Shown here: in pieces, positions 44,148 through 54,097 of the stretch
Numbering within the stretch: position 1 is the first letter of the stretch
How the letters are laid out: the number at the start of each line of letters is the position of its first letter
Origin: Candidatus Coproplasma sp.
Lineage (GTDB): Bacteria > Bacillota > Clostridia > Christensenellales > Borkfalkiaceae
Direction: 5' to 3'
Assembly: GCA_051884175.1 (NCBI GenBank)
Contig: JBJEVD010000054.1
Coordinates: 2,294-66,293, forward strand
DNA length: 64,000 bases
Notes under the pieces: generated by a model
The model's input: the letters and a program-made list of their open reading frames with translations, nothing else
Databases searched by the model: none
What the model was told of the DNA's origin: nothing
Translations under genes and position numbers: made by a program

Positions 44148-45032
44148 TTATAAGACCTTGGATAAGAAATCTTTAAGCCTTGCGTTCTGGGGATTGCCGA
44201 AGAATAACTGCGGCGAGTTTTCCTCTTGAATTTGCCCCTCGTCCATAAACAGCACACGGGAGGCGACTTCCTTTGCAAAGCCCATTTCGTGGGTTACGAC
44301 AACCATAGTCATACCCTCTTTTGCAAGGTCTATCATAACCTTTAAAACCTCGCCGACCATCTCGGGGTCGAGTGCGGAAGTCGGCTCGTCAAAGAGCATT
44401 ACGTCCGGCTCCATAGCCAAAGCTCTGACAATTGCTATTCGCTGCTTCTGTCCGCCCGACAGGGTGGAGGGGTATGCGTCGGCTTTATCCTTAAGTCCAA
44501 TTTTTTCAAGCAGTTTAACAGCCCTTTCCTCAGCTTCCTGCTTTGAACAAATCTTAAGCCTTACGGGCGCAAGCGTAATGTTCTGCATTACGGTCAGGTT
44601 AGGGAACAGGTTGAACTGCTGAAAGACCATACCTATCTTACGCCTGTGCGCGTTAAGCCCCTTGTTAATTTTTTTACGTATTGCAAGCTCGTCCTTTTTA
44701 ACCTGCTTATACTTTTCCTTCAGCTCTTCAAGCTTTTCCTTGTTTTCGTCCTTGTGCTTTTTATGCTCCTTGATTTCAGCCGCAATCGCACTGCGTTCGT
44801 TTTTGAAGACGTATTCACCCTCAAGCAGAATTTCGCCGGCGGTGGGTTCCTCAAGCAGATTTAAACAGCGCAGGAATGTGGATTTTCCGCACCCGGAAGG
44901 ACCTATTACGGCTATTACGTCGCCTTGATAAACGTTAAGGTCAACGCCCTTTAATACCTGCAGATCTCCAAACGATTTATGCAGATTTTTAACTTCTATG
45001 ATTTTCTGTTTATCTTCGTTCATTCTTTGCAA
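44148..45032 (-). CDS. Polar amino-acid ABC transporter ATP-binding protein (GlnQ-like) with a roughly 45-aa Lys/Glu-rich insertion
   Basis: Walker A (GPSGCGKST), Q-loop ([12 protein letters not shown]), signature (LSGGQKQR) and Walker B ([11 protein letters not shown]) are all present. Confidence 0.88.
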   Translation of the reverse strand: MQRMNEDKQKIIEVKNLHKSFGDLQVLKGVDLNVYQGDVIAVIGPSGCGKSTFLRCLNLLEEPTAGEILLEGEYVFKNERSAIAAEIKEHKKHKDENKEKLEELKEKYKQVKKDELAIRKKINKGLNAHRRKIGMVFQQFNLFPNLTVMQNITLAPVRLKICSKQEAEERAVKLLEKIGLKDKADAYPSTLSGGQKQRIAIVRALAMEPDVMLFDEPTSALDPEMVGEVLKVMIDLAKEGMTMVVVTHEMGFAKEVASRVLFMDEGQIQEENSPQLFFGNPQNARLKDFLSKVL

Positions 45033-45699
45033 GCCTCCTTTCCAAAAGGCGAATAATAAGCGTGATTATCATAACAAGAACGAAATATATGATAGCAAGT
45101 GCAATATACGGTACAAAGTATTCGTAAGTCGAATCGGCAATTGCCTTAAACGCCCTTGTAAGGTCTGCAAGACCTATAACGCTGACGATTGAGGTTTCCT
45201 TCAACAACGAAATAAATTCATTGCCGATAGAGGGAAGAATGTTTTTGATTGCCTGCGGAAGAACTATTCTAACCATAGTTGTGGAGTAACTTAAGCCCAA
45301 CGACCTGCCTGCCTCCATCTGCCCCTTGTCGACGGCGTTTATACCGCCTCGGATAATTTCCGCCATATAAGCACCGCTGTTAAACCCGAAGATTAAAGAA
45401 ACTTCTATAACAGGTTCAATCTTAACGCCTATAAAAACAGCGAAGTGCAAGAGTAGCAACTGCACCATCATAGGTGTGCCTCTGAATACCGCAATATATA
45501 CGTCGGCAAGTCTTTTCAAAACTTTTACAAAGACGTTTTCGGAGGGTAAAAGCTTTGCCGTCGTCAAAAGACAGCCTATAAAAAATCCCAATAAAAGACC
45601 TAACACGGCGATTATCGCCGTGTTTTGCAGTCCCACCAACACGGTTTTCAACGTGCCGGGTGTTGTAAATCTGTTCCAGAAAATTTCAAAATTGCTCAT
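45010..45699 (-). CDS. Polar amino-acid ABC transporter permease (HisM/GlnP-type)
   Basis: The EAA-loop region ([13 protein letters not shown]...IVLPQA) and 5 TM helices are present. Confidence 0.88.
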   Translation of the reverse strand: MSNFEIFWNRFTTPGTLKTVLVGLQNTAIIAVLGLLLGFFIGCLLTTAKLLPSENVFVKVLKRLADVYIAVFRGTPMMVQLLLLHFAVFIGVKIEPVIEVSLIFGFNSGAYMAEIIRGGINAVDKGQMEAGRSLGLSYSTTMVRIVLPQAIKNILPSIGNEFISLLKETSIVSVIGLADLTRAFKAIADSTYEYFVPYIALAIIYFVLVMIITLIIRLLERRLAKNERR

Positions 45700-45710
45700 A
45701 CAGATTGATA

Positions 45711-46565
45711 TTATTTGTTGTAGCTTGCAGCAATCATAAGCGAAGGCTGTTTATCAAGGATAACCGCATTGATTTTGCCGTTTGATAAATCTTTCATTGC
45801 AAGCGCGCCTGTCGAGTAAGCCTTTGTCGTTAAGTTTTCAAAACCGTCATAGCCGAAATCTTCGTCGCCGTTGCTGTACATATAGCCCGTGGTGCCTGTC
45901 TGAGTACCTATTATATAGGACTTATCTTTAGTGGCGAGAATGGCTTCAACGTCAGCCGCCGTCTTGCAGTTGTCAAACGTGGTATCGCTTTCAACTACGG
46001 TTATTACCTGTGCTGAAGTGTAATAGGAAGTTGCAAAGTTAACCTGCTCTTTACGGGTATCGGTTACGGTCATACCTGCCATACCGATGTCGCTATCACC
46101 CGACCTAACGCTTGAGATAATAGAATCGAAATCCATATCTTTTACAAACAGCGTCTTACCGAGCCTTTGTGCAATGTTGTATGCTATTTCAATATCTACA
46201 CCTACGAAAGCACTGTTATTGTTGTAGGATTCGAAGGGAGGGAAGTAGGCGTTGGTTGCAACTACGAAATCTCCTTTCTGGGCAGACGTTGTCTGGTTGG
46301 AATACGAGAAGGTTGCGGTGCCGTTGAAGTAGGAGTTAATCAAGGTATTAAGGCTTCCGTCTGCTTTCCATTCGGCAATGTAGCCGTTTACCTGTTCAAG
46401 GAGCGTTGTGTTCTCCTTTTTAATTGCGAAGGCGTAATCTTCTGCCGTAAGCTCTATTTCCTTTACCGAAAGCTTTTCGCTCTTTCCGCAAGCGGCAGCC
46501 GATACAGCTAAAACCACGGCGCATACAACCGCAGCCATTGCGCATAAAATCTTTTTAATTTTCAT
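45711..46565 (-). CDS. Amino-acid ABC transporter substrate-binding lipoprotein (family 3)
   Basis: A signal peptide with lipobox (SAAAC) is present, with the family-3 SBP pattern (GVDIEIA...GMTVT..R). Confidence 0.85.
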   Translation of the reverse strand: MKIKKILCAMAAVVCAVVLAVSAAACGKSEKLSVKEIELTAEDYAFAIKKENTTLLEQVNGYIAEWKADGSLNTLINSYFNGTATFSYSNQTTSAQKGDFVVATNAYFPPFESYNNNSAFVGVDIEIAYNIAQRLGKTLFVKDMDFDSIISSVRSGDSDIGMAGMTVTDTRKEQVNFATSYYTSAQVITVVESDTTFDNCKTAADVEAILATKDKSYIIGTQTGTTGYMYSNGDEDFGYDGFENLTTKAYSTGALAMKDLSNGKINAVILDKQPSLMIAASYNK

Positions 46566-46794
46566 ATTTTCACCTCTGAAATAAATTCAATTTAATTATG
46601 AATTAATATTAATCTTTTAACTTTCGTTTGTCAACCAATATAATGCATAAATTTAAACAATTATGTATTTTTATAAATTTACAATTAATGAAAATAATGA
46701 GCAGAAGTGGAATATAGCTTACAGTATATCTTAAAATATCAATAATTATATATAATATTGTGCATAAATATAGATTATATGAGGTATTAAAAAA

Positions 46795-46822
46795 CGGCGT
46801 GAAACAGAAAATTTTCACGCCG
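46795..46822 (-). terminator. Intrinsic terminator after the gene at 46860-47348
   Basis: CGGCGTGAAA pairs with TTTCACGCCG. On the minus strand it is followed by TTTTTTAAT. Confidence 0.7.
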
Positions 46823-46859
46823 AAATTAATTTGTTTTTATACAATTTCCAACACTAAAA

Positions 46860-47348
46860 TTATTTTAACTTATCTTCCTTGTCCAAATCTGTTTTGTCAA
46901 GCGAGATGATGGAGTATTCAATCTTTCTGTTTGCCGCAAGCAGAGCCTCGATAAAATCGTTGTACCATTCCTGTTTGACTACGATAACCATATACTGACC
47001 GTCGTCAAACGTTACGGTTAATTTTCCCGTCTTTTTATCGTCTATAATGCTGTCGATTTTTTCAACGTCGTACTTGCTTACGATAAACCCGAACTTGGTT
47101 TTAAAAATTTTTCCGTCAATTATATAGCAGGATGAGAGTAAAACGCTTACTAAAATAGCAGTCAAACCGACGGTTACAAGGAACATAAGCGTGTATTGCA
47201 GTATGGGGTAGACGGGGTCAGCCGCACCTTTGATTCCGTTTGCAATACAGTAGTAAAGGTTTACCGCAAAGCCCGCAACGCTTAAGGCTATGCCTGCGTA
47301 AATTAAAGCGGTAATTAGTTTGGTAAATTTATACTTAAATTTCTTCAT
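46860..47348 (-). CDS. Two-TM membrane protein with a C-terminal bacterial PH-like domain, function unknown
   Basis: 162 aa. Two TM helices are followed by a beta-rich domain of about 80 aa. The family assignment is tentative. Confidence 0.45.
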   Translation of the reverse strand: MKKFKYKFTKLITALIYAGIALSVAGFAVNLYYCIANGIKGAADPVYPILQYTLMFLVTVGLTAILVSVLLSSCYIIDGKIFKTKFGFIVSKYDVEKIDSIIDDKKTGKLTVTFDDGQYMVIVVKQEWYNDFIEALLAANRKIEYSIISLDKTDLDKEDKLK

Positions 47349-47480
47349 GCTTCAATTATAAACCATTAAAGCGCAAAACGCAACGTAAAGATATGTATTT
47401 TTATCGCTTAAATGGTTGAAAAATATTTCACAATAGGGTAAAATAAATATCACTTATTCTAAACTTTTGGAGAAAGGGCT

Positions 47481-49706
47481 ATGTTAAAGCTTATCAAAGG
47501 CGGCGTTTACTATATTCAGGGCAAGCTGGTTAAGGAAAATCAGGCGTTTATGCTCGAGGCGCAGAAGCAACAGGCTATAAAAGGTACGCTTGCGTACTCA
47601 ATTTTAAAGAGCCATAACAAAGGCGACGACGAGAAGTTAAAGATCTCTTTCGACGCAATGGCTTCACACGATATAACCTACGTCGGCATTATCCAGACGG
47701 CAAAGGCTTCGGGTCTTAAAAACTTCCCCATATCCTATACGCTTACCAACTGCCACAATTCGCTCTGCGCAGTAGGCGGTACGATAAACGAGGACGACCA
47801 CGTCTTCGGTCTGTCTGCGGCAAAGAAGTACGGCGGCAACTACGTACCCGCCCACCTTGCGGTTATCCACCAGTATATGAGGGAGTGCGAGGCGGCTTGC
47901 GGCAAGATGATTTTAGGTTCGGACAGTCATACCCGTTACGGCGCGTTCGGCACAATGGCGGTAGGCGAGGGCGGACCCGAGCTCGTTAAACAGCTCCTCG
48001 GTCAGACCTACGACATAGCTCGCCCCGGCGTTATCGCCGTATATTTAAAGGGTAGGCCTAAAAAAGGCGTAGGTCCCCACGACGTGGCAATAGCGTTAGT
48101 CGGCGCAACGTTTAAAAACGGCTTTGTAAAAAATAAGATTTTGGAGTTCGTAGGTCCCGGAATTAAAAACCTTTCAATGGACTTCAGAAGCGGTATAGAC
48201 GTAATGACTACCGAAACGGCATGTCTATCCTCCATTTGGGAGACGGACGATACCGTTAAGGAATTCTATAAATTACACGGCAGAGAGGGGGATTTCAAGG
48301 AACTTCACCCTGCAGACCCTGCCTACTACGACGGCGCAGTCGTTATAGACCTTTCAAGGATAGAGCCTATGATTGCCCTTCCTTTCCACCCGTCAAACGC
48401 GTATACGATTAAAGAGTTTATCGAAAACGCCAACGATATTTTGGGCGAAGTAGAGGCAAAGGGTAACGCCCTCAAAAAGGCAGGCAGCGCGCCTTTCAGA
48501 CTTTTAAACAAAGTAAGGGACGGCGGTGTATACGTCAACCAGGGTATAATCGCAGGTTGCGCAGGCGGTTCGTACGAGAACGTAGCGGAGGCAGCAGAGA
48601 TATTAAAGGGTGCTTCCTGCGGTAACGGTGAGTTCAATTTAAGCGTATATCCCCAGTCCGTACCCGTCTATAAATGCCTTGTCGATAACGGCTACGTATC
48701 TACGCTTCTTTCTGCAGGCGCAGTCGTTAAAACGGCTTTCTGCGGACCTTGTTTCGGCGCGGGTGACGCCCCTGCGGACAACGCGCTCTCCATTCGCCAT
48801 ACCACCCGTAACTTTGAAAACAGAGAGGGCAGCAAACCCGGCGAGGGTCAGCTTTCGGCGGTTGCGTTGATGGACGCCCGTTCGGTTGCGGCAACGGCGG
48901 CAAACGGCGGCAGGCTCACCCCTGCAACCGAGGTTGAGTACGTCAAGAAGTTTAAAAAGTACTACTTCGACGGCGAAATCTACGCAAAGAGAGTGTACCA
49001 CGGCGCAGGTCAGCCAAATGACGAAGCGCAGCTTGTCTACGGCAACAACATTGCAGATTGGCCCGAACAGCTCCCCTTAGCAAAGAACCTGTTAATTAAA
49101 GTCGTATCTGTAATCAACGACCCCGTAACCACTACGGACGAACTCATTCCTTCAGGTGAAACGTCCTCGTACCGCTCCAACCCCTTAAGGCTTGCAGAGT
49201 TTGCACTCTCAAGAAAGGACCCTGCATACGTAGGCAGGGCTAAAGAGGTTAAAGCTTTAGAGGCTGAAAGAAGGGTAAACGGTACACTCCCCGAAGAGGT
49301 ACTCAAAGCGGTAGGCGCAAGCGTTGACAATACCGCAATGCTCGGCAGCTGCGTAGCGGCTAAAAAGCCCGGCGACGGCTCCGCAAGGGAACAGGCGGCG
49401 TCCTGCCAAAGGGTACTTGGCGGCGTGGCAAACGTCGCATTAGAGTATGCAACCAAGCGTTATCGCTCCAACCTCATCAATTGGGGTATGCTTCCGCTAA
49501 TTTGCAAAAAGTTCGACTTTGAAGTCGGTGATTATATCTATATAGAAAACGCCGTAGACTTTGTTTTGAACAGCGAAAGTACAATCTGCGCAAAGCATAT
49601 TTCAAACGGCAAGGTAAAGGATATCTTCTTGACTATCGGCGCGTTGACCCCCGAAGAAAAGCAGATTATCTTAAAGGGTTGCTTAATCAACTACAACAGA
49701 AAATAA
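47481..49706 (+). CDS. Aconitase-family hydratase (probable aconitate hydratase)
   Basis: 741 aa. LGSDSHT and CGPCFG are Fe-S ligand motifs, and the swivel domain carries [10 protein letters not shown]. Confidence 0.8.
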   Translation: MLKLIKGGVYYIQGKLVKENQAFMLEAQKQQAIKGTLAYSILKSHNKGDDEKLKISFDAMASHDITYVGIIQTAKASGLKNFPISYTLTNCHNSLCAVGGTINEDDHVFGLSAAKKYGGNYVPAHLAVIHQYMRECEAACGKMILGSDSHTRYGAFGTMAVGEGGPELVKQLLGQTYDIARPGVIAVYLKGRPKKGVGPHDVAIALVGATFKNGFVKNKILEFVGPGIKNLSMDFRSGIDVMTTETACLSSIWETDDTVKEFYKLHGREGDFKELHPADPAYYDGAVVIDLSRIEPMIALPFHPSNAYTIKEFIENANDILGEVEAKGNALKKAGSAPFRLLNKVRDGGVYVNQGIIAGCAGGSYENVAEAAEILKGASCGNGEFNLSVYPQSVPVYKCLVDNGYVSTLLSAGAVVKTAFCGPCFGAGDAPADNALSIRHTTRNFENREGSKPGEGQLSAVALMDARSVAATAANGGRLTPATEVEYVKKFKKYYFDGEIYAKRVYHGAGQPNDEAQLVYGNNIADWPEQLPLAKNLLIKVVSVINDPVTTTDELIPSGETSSYRSNPLRLAEFALSRKDPAYVGRAKEVKALEAERRVNGTLPEEVLKAVGASVDNTAMLGSCVAAKKPGDGSAREQAASCQRVLGGVANVALEYATKRYRSNLINWGMLPLICKKFDFEVGDYIYIENAVDFVLNSESTICAKHISNGKVKDIFLTIGALTPEEKQIILKGCLINYNRK

Positions 49707-49737
49707 TGATTAAATTTTAATTTCTAAGTCTAAAGGT

Positions 49738-49842
49738 TCGCCTGAAGATAAAGAGGTAATAAAAAATCCTTTTTGCCCCGTTCGTCGGGGCATACTATGG
49801 GGTGTATTATGTCCTCCTTTCAGGCGAAGGGAGGATTTTTAT
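49738..49842 (+). promoter_or_regulatory. Candidate cis-regulatory leader with an SD-sequestering hairpin and an alternative long-range helix
   Basis: TCCTCCTTT (49812-49820) pairs with AAGGGAGGA (49827-49835), which contains the SD. The mutually exclusive helix pairs TCGCCTGAA (49738-49746) with TTCAGGCGA (49819-49827). An internal hairpin GCCCCG..CGGGGC is also present. Confidence 0.4.
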
Positions 49843-50091
49843 ATGTCGGAAAACAGGCTTGCAGTCATTTCAATCATAGTCGAAAACAGGGAAGTCAGCC
49901 CACGGATTAACGCCATTTTGTCTGAGTACGGCGACTACGCCATTGGTCGAATGGGTATACCATATCAAGTAAAGGGCGTATCAGTAATCTGCGTTGCGCT
50001 CGACGCCCCCATGGAAATTATTAATACCGTAACAGGCAAGATAGGAATGTTAAACGGAGTCTCTGCCAAAACTGTAGTGAGTAAAAAATAA
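49843..50091 (+). CDS. TM1266-family small ACT-like protein (annotated in databases as a putative iron-only hydrogenase system regulator)
   Basis: 82 aa. RLAVISIIVENRE...INAILSEYGDYAIGRMGIPY..KGVSVICVALDAP...GKIGMLNGVSAKT matches my recollection of the family. Confidence 0.68.
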   Translation: MSENRLAVISIIVENREVSPRINAILSEYGDYAIGRMGIPYQVKGVSVICVALDAPMEIINTVTGKIGMLNGVSAKTVVSKK

Positions 50092-50104
50092 ATTTTTTCA
50101 CAGA

Positions 50105-50245
50105 ACGTCATTGCGAGCCGACTGTATGTCGGCGTGGCAATCCCATCGGGTATGGCGGACTATTTCTTATGAATCAATTCCGCAATTTCGCCTTCCCTAA
50201 AGAATAGGGAAGGTGGCACAAACGCAGTTTGTGACGGAAGAGTTT
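50105..50245. repeat. Hairpin-rich intergenic element (three stem-loops) resembling dispersed CATTGCGAG...GTGGCAATC-type repeats
   Basis: ATTGCGAGCCGAC pairs with GTCGGCGTGGCAAT. CCTTCCCTA pairs with TAGGGAAGG (50191-50213). CACAAA pairs with TTTGTG (50217-50233). Only one copy is present in this window. Confidence 0.35.
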
Positions 50246-50317
50246 GAAAAAATATCATAACGACAAAATAAATTTAAGGCGAAAGGTTTGCCCTGACGCC
50301 GAAAAGGAGTAAATAAA

Positions 50318-51343
50318 ATGAAAAAATTTTTAGCAATTTTGGTTGCCGCTGTAATGGCGGCAGGGTTAGCCATGGGCATCACCGCCTGCAACAAAGTAGA
50401 GGTGGGCAAGTACAAAGTTTACGCCCCCGACGGTGCGCCTGCGCTTGCATTAGCGCAGCTGTGTACGGACGATAAATCGGAATTTGCAATCAACGTCGTA
50501 AAAGCCTCTACAATAACTACTTACGTAACAGGTGAAGAACTCAAAGCTGATTTTGCCATTGTACCCGTAAATGCAGCCGTAAAGACGTTAGGCAGCGGTG
50601 AAAAATACAAGATGCTCGGCACTGTAACTCATGGAAACCTCTTTCTTTTAAAGAAGGCAAACGGAGTTGAAATTACAACCGAAAACCTCTCAACGCTTGT
50701 TGGTAAAACGGTTGGCGTAATCAACCTTGCCAACGTACCCGGGCTTATGCTTAAAGTCATTTTACAGCAGAATAATATACCCTTTAACCAGCTTACCGAG
50801 GGCAATGAAGTTGCAACCGATAAGGTAAATTTAAAGAACATCAGCGATGAGGAGGCAAAAACTGCAATTAATCCTACCAACGCCGAATGTGACTACTTTG
50901 TAGTCCCCGAACCTGCCGCAACCACCAAGATAAATGCAACAGGCGGCAAGCTCTCAAAAGCTGCAAGTCTTCAGACTCTTTACGGTGGAGAAAACGGCTA
51001 TCCCCAGGCAGTAGCAGTTGCAAAAACTTCAGTAATAGAGAATAATTCCAAGGCGGTCGAAACCTTTATAAACAAGCTTAAAGATAACCAAACTTGGATA
51101 AACAACAGCGAAACTTCAGCAGAAACCATAGTAAACGCTATTCAATCAAAACTCACCGCTGACCTTTCCCCCACGTTTACCGCGGCAAATCTCAACGCAA
51201 CTGTTATAGCCAACTGCGGTATAAGGTTTACCTCCAACGCAGACGGCAAGCAGAGCGTTCTGGACATTTTGGAAAAGCTCAACGCAGTATCCAACAATGC
51301 CTGGGGAACGCCTGCCGACGCCTTTTTCTACGGAGTAAATTAA
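50318..51343 (+). CDS. ABC transporter substrate-binding lipoprotein (NitT/TauT, NMT1-like)
   Basis: A lipobox is present (GLAMGITAC). The periplasmic-binding fold pattern is present, and AAGGAG precedes the ATG. Confidence 0.75.
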   Translation: MKKFLAILVAAVMAAGLAMGITACNKVEVGKYKVYAPDGAPALALAQLCTDDKSEFAINVVKASTITTYVTGEELKADFAIVPVNAAVKTLGSGEKYKMLGTVTHGNLFLLKKANGVEITTENLSTLVGKTVGVINLANVPGLMLKVILQQNNIPFNQLTEGNEVATDKVNLKNISDEEAKTAINPTNAECDYFVVPEPAATTKINATGGKLSKAASLQTLYGGENGYPQAVAVAKTSVIENNSKAVETFINKLKDNQTWINNSETSAETIVNAIQSKLTADLSPTFTAANLNATVIANCGIRFTSNADGKQSVLDILEKLNAVSNNAWGTPADAFFYGVN

Positions 51344-51352
51344 GCGTAACAA

Positions 51353-52132
51353 ATGAAAAAGTTTTTCACTGCGAAAAAACTTAATATCATAGCCTCGGCG
51401 ACCGCACTATTATTGATGTGGCTTGTTTGGATAATTGCGGCGGCAATAGTTAAAAACGAGTATCTCATTCCGCCCTTTGCACAGTCTGCAGAGCAGTTTT
51501 TTAACTTATTCACCCTTGCTTTTTTCTGGAAGGCACTCGGCTGGACTATTTTAAGAACGGTTATTGCCTTTTTAGTCTCCTTTGCAATAGCTGCAATTTG
51601 TGCGGTAGTTGCGGCATATGTTAAGCCCTTTGCCGCATTTATGCGCCCCATAGTCGCGGTGTTCCGCTCGCTCCCCACAATGGCAGTACTGCTGCTTATT
51701 CTGGTCTGGACAACCCCACGCACAGCCCCCGTAGTAGTTGCGTTTTTAGTACTGTTTCCTATGTGTTATAGTCAGCTTTCGCAGGGTATAGCCGAGGTGG
51801 ATAGCGAGCTTTTGCAGATGGTCAAGGTGTATAACGTTAAGCCTTCCAAAGTCTTGACAAAAGTGTATTTATCTCGCCTCGCACCGCAGCTTATCGAACA
51901 GACGGGTGCTAATCTGTCGTTCGGCATAAAGCTCATTATCTCAGCGGAGGTAATGGCTTCCACGTATACCGCCTTAGGCGGAATGATGAGCGAAGCGGTT
52001 ATCTATAGCCTGCCCCGCCTTGCGGCGTTGACGCTGTTTGCCGTGCTGTTCGGGATAGCGGTAGAAGCTGTATTTTCGCTCATTGCAAAGTACGCCTTTC
52101 CGTGGGTAAGGGGGTGTAAAGATGAAGATTGA
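51353..52132 (+). CDS. ABC transporter permease (NitT/TauT family)
   Basis: Six TM helices with an EAA-like loop. Confidence 0.82.
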   Translation: MKKFFTAKKLNIIASATALLLMWLVWIIAAAIVKNEYLIPPFAQSAEQFFNLFTLAFFWKALGWTILRTVIAFLVSFAIAAICAVVAAYVKPFAAFMRPIVAVFRSLPTMAVLLLILVWTTPRTAPVVVAFLVLFPMCYSQLSQGIAEVDSELLQMVKVYNVKPSKVLTKVYLSRLAPQLIEQTGANLSFGIKLIISAEVMASTYTALGGMMSEAVIYSLPRLAALTLFAVLFGIAVEAVFSLIAKYAFPWVRGCKDED

Positions 52133-52772
52133 AAATTTAAGCGTATCCTACGGGGAAGCGAAAGTCTACGACAATTTTAACCTTGAGTTTGACAATAGCG
52201 GCGTAACCTGCCTGCTTGGTGAAAGCGGTTGCGGCAAGACGACGATTTTAAACGCAATAGCAGGTTTGATTCCCTACTCAGGCAGCATAACCCCCGTTAA
52301 AATTTCATACGTGTTTCAAACCCACCGACTTGTGCCCAACCTTACCGTCTTAAACAACCTTACCCTTATAGGAGCGGAGGAAAATAAAGCAATAGATATG
52401 CTTGAAAAGGTGGGGCTAAAGAATAAGGCAAACGTCTACCCTAAAACGCTGTCGGGCGGCGAGGCGCAGAGGGTATCTCTTTGCAGGGCGTTTTTATACC
52501 CTGCCGAGCTGCTGCTTTTAGACGAGCCGTTCTCTTCCCTTGACTTAAAGACCAAGCTTGCGGTGATGGACTTATTTAAAAGTCTGCAATCGTCAAGCGG
52601 CAGGGGCGCGCTCTTCGTCACCCACGATATCGACGAGGCTTGCTACCTTTCCGATAAAATTTTCGTCTTAAACAAAGGGGAAGTTGCGGCAGAGTATTTA
52701 AGCGCAGACCACCAACCCTTCGGCGCAAACTCCGAGTTAAGGCAAAGCCTAATAAATACCCTGCTTAAATAA
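52122..52772 (+). CDS. ABC transporter ATP-binding protein (NitT/TauT family)
   Basis: GESGCGKTT, LSGGEAQR and LLLDEPFSSLD motifs are present. Confidence 0.88.
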   Translation: MKIENLSVSYGEAKVYDNFNLEFDNSGVTCLLGESGCGKTTILNAIAGLIPYSGSITPVKISYVFQTHRLVPNLTVLNNLTLIGAEENKAIDMLEKVGLKNKANVYPKTLSGGEAQRVSLCRAFLYPAELLLLDEPFSSLDLKTKLAVMDLFKSLQSSSGRGALFVTHDIDEACYLSDKIFVLNKGEVAAEYLSADHQPFGANSELRQSLINTLLK

Positions 52773-52790
52773 AATCACCAAAACGAAAAA

Positions 52791-52823
52791 AAGCCGCCGC
52801 TTGCACACAATGCAAGCGGCGGC
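52791..52823. terminator. Hairpin between convergent ABC and ychF genes
   Basis: AGCCGCCGCTTGCA pairs with TGCAAGCGGCGGCT. The A-run upstream gives a T-run on the minus strand. Confidence 0.7.
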
Positions 52824-52849
52824 TTCAACTATGTTTCAACAATATTCAA

Positions 52850-53950
52850 TTACACGTTAAACCTGAACAGAACGACGTCGCCGTCTTTAACGACGTATTC
52901 CTTGCCTTCGCTTCTGACCTTGCCCTTTTCTCTCGCGCCTACAAGTCCGCCGCAGTCTAAAAGCGTCTGGTAGTCAACAACTTCAGCTCTGATAAACCCC
53001 TTTTCAAAGTCGGTATGGATAACGCCTGCAGCCTGGGGTGCCTTAGTGCCCTTTTTAATCGTCCATGCCCTCGTCTCTTTCTCGCCTGCGGTGAGGTAGG
53101 AGATAAGACCCAAAAGGGAGTAACTCTTCTTAATGAGTCTGTTCAAACCGCTCTCCTTGAGTCCAAGCTCTTCCAAGAACATCGCGCTCTCTTCAGGTTC
53201 CATCTGTGAAAGCTCTTCCTCGGTCTTAGCGCAAATGGTTAAAACCTCGCTTCCTTCAGTCTTAGCGTATTCCTTAACCTTCACAACGAGGGGTATATCG
53301 TCCTCGTCCTTGCCCATATCGAATTCAGAGATATTAGCGGCATAGATAACGGGTTTAGCGGTTAATAAGAACAGGTTATCTAAAAATGCCTTTTCGCTTT
53401 CGTCGCACTCAAACAGCCTTGCAGGCTTTTCTTCGGTCAGGAACTTTTCCAGCCTTTCAAGCATAGCGAATTCTGCGGCAGCCTCTTTGTTTGCACCGCC
53501 CCTTGCCGTATTTCTTATCCTGTCCTCACGCTTGTTTACAGCTTCGATATCGGCAAGAATTAACTCCATCTGTATGGTAGTAATATCGTCAACGGGGTCG
53601 ACCTTATTGTTTACGTGGGTAACGTTAGCGTCCTCGAAGCAGCGCACGACGTGAACTATTGCGTCGCACTCGCGAATGTGCGAAAGGAATTTGTTGCCCA
53701 GACCCTCCCCACGGGAAGCACCTTTGACAAGTCCTGCAATGTCTACAAATTCAACTATAGCAGGGGTGATTTTTTTGCTGGAGTAAAGAGCTCCAAGCTT
53801 ATCCAGCCTCTCGTCGGGTACGGCAACGACGCCTACGTTGGGTTCAATGGTGCAGAAGGGGTAGTTTGCCGCCTCTGCGCCGGCGTGAGTAATTGCATTG
53901 AAAAGTGTCGATTTGCCTACGTTGGGTAAACCTACAACGCCTAATTTCAT
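52850..53950 (-). CDS. ychF: Ribosome-binding ATPase YchF
   Basis: [13 protein letters not shown] is present, with the TGS/YchF C-terminus. 366 aa. Confidence 0.95.
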   Translation of the reverse strand: MKLGVVGLPNVGKSTLFNAITHAGAEAANYPFCTIEPNVGVVAVPDERLDKLGALYSSKKITPAIVEFVDIAGLVKGASRGEGLGNKFLSHIRECDAIVHVVRCFEDANVTHVNNKVDPVDDITTIQMELILADIEAVNKREDRIRNTARGGANKEAAAEFAMLERLEKFLTEEKPARLFECDESEKAFLDNLFLLTAKPVIYAANISEFDMGKDEDDIPLVVKVKEYAKTEGSEVLTICAKTEEELSQMEPEESAMFLEELGLKESGLNRLIKKSYSLLGLISYLTAGEKETRAWTIKKGTKAPQAAGVIHTDFEKGFIRAEVVDYQTLLDCGGLVGAREKGKVRSEGKEYVVKDGDVVLFRFNV

Positions 53951-54059
53951 AAAAATAATTCCTTAAAAAACTTTTATTCAAGCGGAGAAGAAAGGCTTAC
54001 CGCCTGAAAGATTACAGCACAATTATATAATAATAAATATTTTTAATCAAGTCTTTTAT

Positions 54060-54088
54060 TTGCCTAAAACGTAATCTTATGCTACAAT
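54060..54088 (+). promoter_or_regulatory. Sigma-A-type promoter positioned for a (near-)leaderless argS mRNA
   Basis: TTGCCT, a 17-nt spacer, then TACAAT ending 9 nt before the ATG at 54098. There is no SD in between. Confidence 0.5.
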
Positions 54089-54097
54089 TATCCTGCT

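Noticed and set aside
49707-49842. TPP riboswitch, suggested by the NMT1/THI5-like binding protein downstream (ThiY analogy).
   Set aside because: The conserved CUGAGA and ACCUGAUCUGGAUAAUGCCAGCG-type elements are absent. Only a fortuitous GGGGTG is present.
53951-54097. T-box leader upstream of argS.
   Set aside because: Only 147 bp are available, there is no T-box sequence (AGGGTGGTACCGCG-like) or specifier-loop architecture, and a promoter sits 9 nt from the ATG.
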